Virus record (IMG/VR): IMGVR_UViG_3300030376_003139 | Span: 1 to 26,888 of that record | Reading direction: 5' to 3' (one strand) | From: a virus | Lineage: Duplodnaviria > Caudoviricetes | Length of the DNA stretch: 26,888 bases | In this document: positions 26,024 through 26,888 of the stretch, piece after piece | Numbering within the stretch: position 1 is the first letter of the stretch | Layout of the letters: every line of letters begins with the position of its first letter | The notes under the pieces: generated by a model | The model's input: the letters and a program-made list of their open reading frames with translations, nothing else | The model's database searches: none | Told to the model about the DNA's origin: nothing | Made by a program: the position numbers and the translations under genes

Positions 26024-26888
26024 ATGCTAGAAAAATTAAAAGGAAAACGATTGAGGCTGTCTGCCGAAGAAGTTGAGCTTATTAATGAGTTCAGAGGTGA
26101 TAATTTAGAAAACATTAATGGAAATACTGCGCTAGATATACACTTAAAAGAAAGAGGGATAGATAAGAAAGATGTTGTTAGTGTGAAACATTGGCAAAGT
26201 ATGAGTGGAGATTTAAGATTCTCTATCGTCACAAAGGAAGATTTTGGTCTAAGTGAAAATCAAATCTTTAAAAAAATAAATAACTTCATAGAAGAATACT
26301 CTCCTACTTATACTACAATAAAACATACTAAAGGAAATCATCTTCTTGTAATAAATCCTGCAGACATTCATATAGGTAAGTATGCTAACGAGCTAGAAAC
26401 AGGAGAGCAATATGACTGTGAAACTGCTGTAGTTAGAGTATTAGAAGGCATAGAAGGATTAATACAAAAGTCAAAAGGATTTGACATTGACAGGGTATTA
26501 TTTTGTGTAGGTAATGATGTCTTACACATTGATAATGTGTATAATACAACTACAAAAGGTACGCATCAAGATACAGATGGCAAGTGGTGGGAACACTATG
26601 AGATTGCTCTTATGCTTTATGTAAAGTGTATAGAAACGCTAAGACATATAGCTCCTGTAGATGTTATACATAGTATGAGTAATCACGATTACCAAAGCGG
26701 CTTTCATTTAGCACACACATTAAAAAGTTGGTTTAGAAAAACTAAAGATGTTAGCTTTGATATAACAGTAGCCAACAGAAAATATTATAAATATGGCAAT
26801 AATCTTATTGGTTTAGAACACGGAGACGGTGCTAAAATGGATAAATTACCTCTTTTGATGGCGCAAGAAAAGCCTGAGATGTGGAGCA
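26024..26888 (+). CDS. Calcineurin-like metallophosphoesterase, 3'-truncated (not in the ORF track)
   Basis: Open from ATG 26024 (MLEKLKGKRLRLS...) to the window end; motifs ADIHIG, GNDVLHID, SNHD and EHGD. Confidence 0.85.
   Translation, partial: MLEKLKGKRLRLSAEEVELINEFRGDNLENINGNTALDIHLKERGIDKKDVVSVKHWQSMSGDLRFSIVTKEDFGLSENQIFKKINNFIEEYSPTYTTIKHTKGNHLLVINPADIHIGKYANELETGEQYDCETAVVRVLEGIEGLIQKSKGFDIDRVLFCVGNDVLHIDNVYNTTTKGTHQDTDGKWWEHYEIALMLYVKCIETLRHIAPVDVIHSMSNHDYQSGFHLAHTLKSWFRKTKDVSFDITVANRKYYKYGNNLIGLEHGDGAKMDKLPLLMAQEKPEMWS

Noticed and set aside
203-26232. All minus-strand ORFs in the track (e.g. 19492-19854, 20280-20618, 24135-24503, 25975-26232)
   Set aside because: They lie antisense to well-supported + strand genes, have shadow-like composition and show no motifs.
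1-26888. tRNA, integrase, intron/intein, tail sheath or stop-codon reassignment
   Set aside because: None recognised. Terminase, portal and capsid have ordinary lengths, and genes tile densely under the standard code.

Overview
AT-rich fragment of a tailed dsDNA phage, most likely a siphovirus of a Bacteroidota (Flavobacteria-like) host: there are TAnnTTTG promoter boxes and no obvious Shine-Dalgarno sequences. All credible genes are on the + strand. Order: a 5'-truncated giant LamG/CBM fibre-type protein (open from base 1 to 4650) and a small partner; terS and terL; a tail module (chaperone pair with a T9 slippery site, terminator-like protein fused to LamG, Dit-like and hub-like proteins, gp10-like protein, tape measure); small Cys/HTH proteins; ClpP-type protease with scaffold, capsid, tail tube, portal and adaptor; a lysis region; and a 3'-truncated metallophosphoesterase. 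Most interesting signals: (1) a bipartite promoter motif TTTCCWA-N30-TAWWWTTRC found three times with identical spacing in front of structural gene blocks, one copy next to a Mor-like HTH gene; (2) a promoter/~80-nt RNA/hairpin unit whose body is antisense to a translation-initiation region; (3) nested 'Russian doll' domain architecture in the fibre; (4) apparent avoidance of CTGG/CCAG and GATC. All product calls come from motif recognition by eye; no searches were run.
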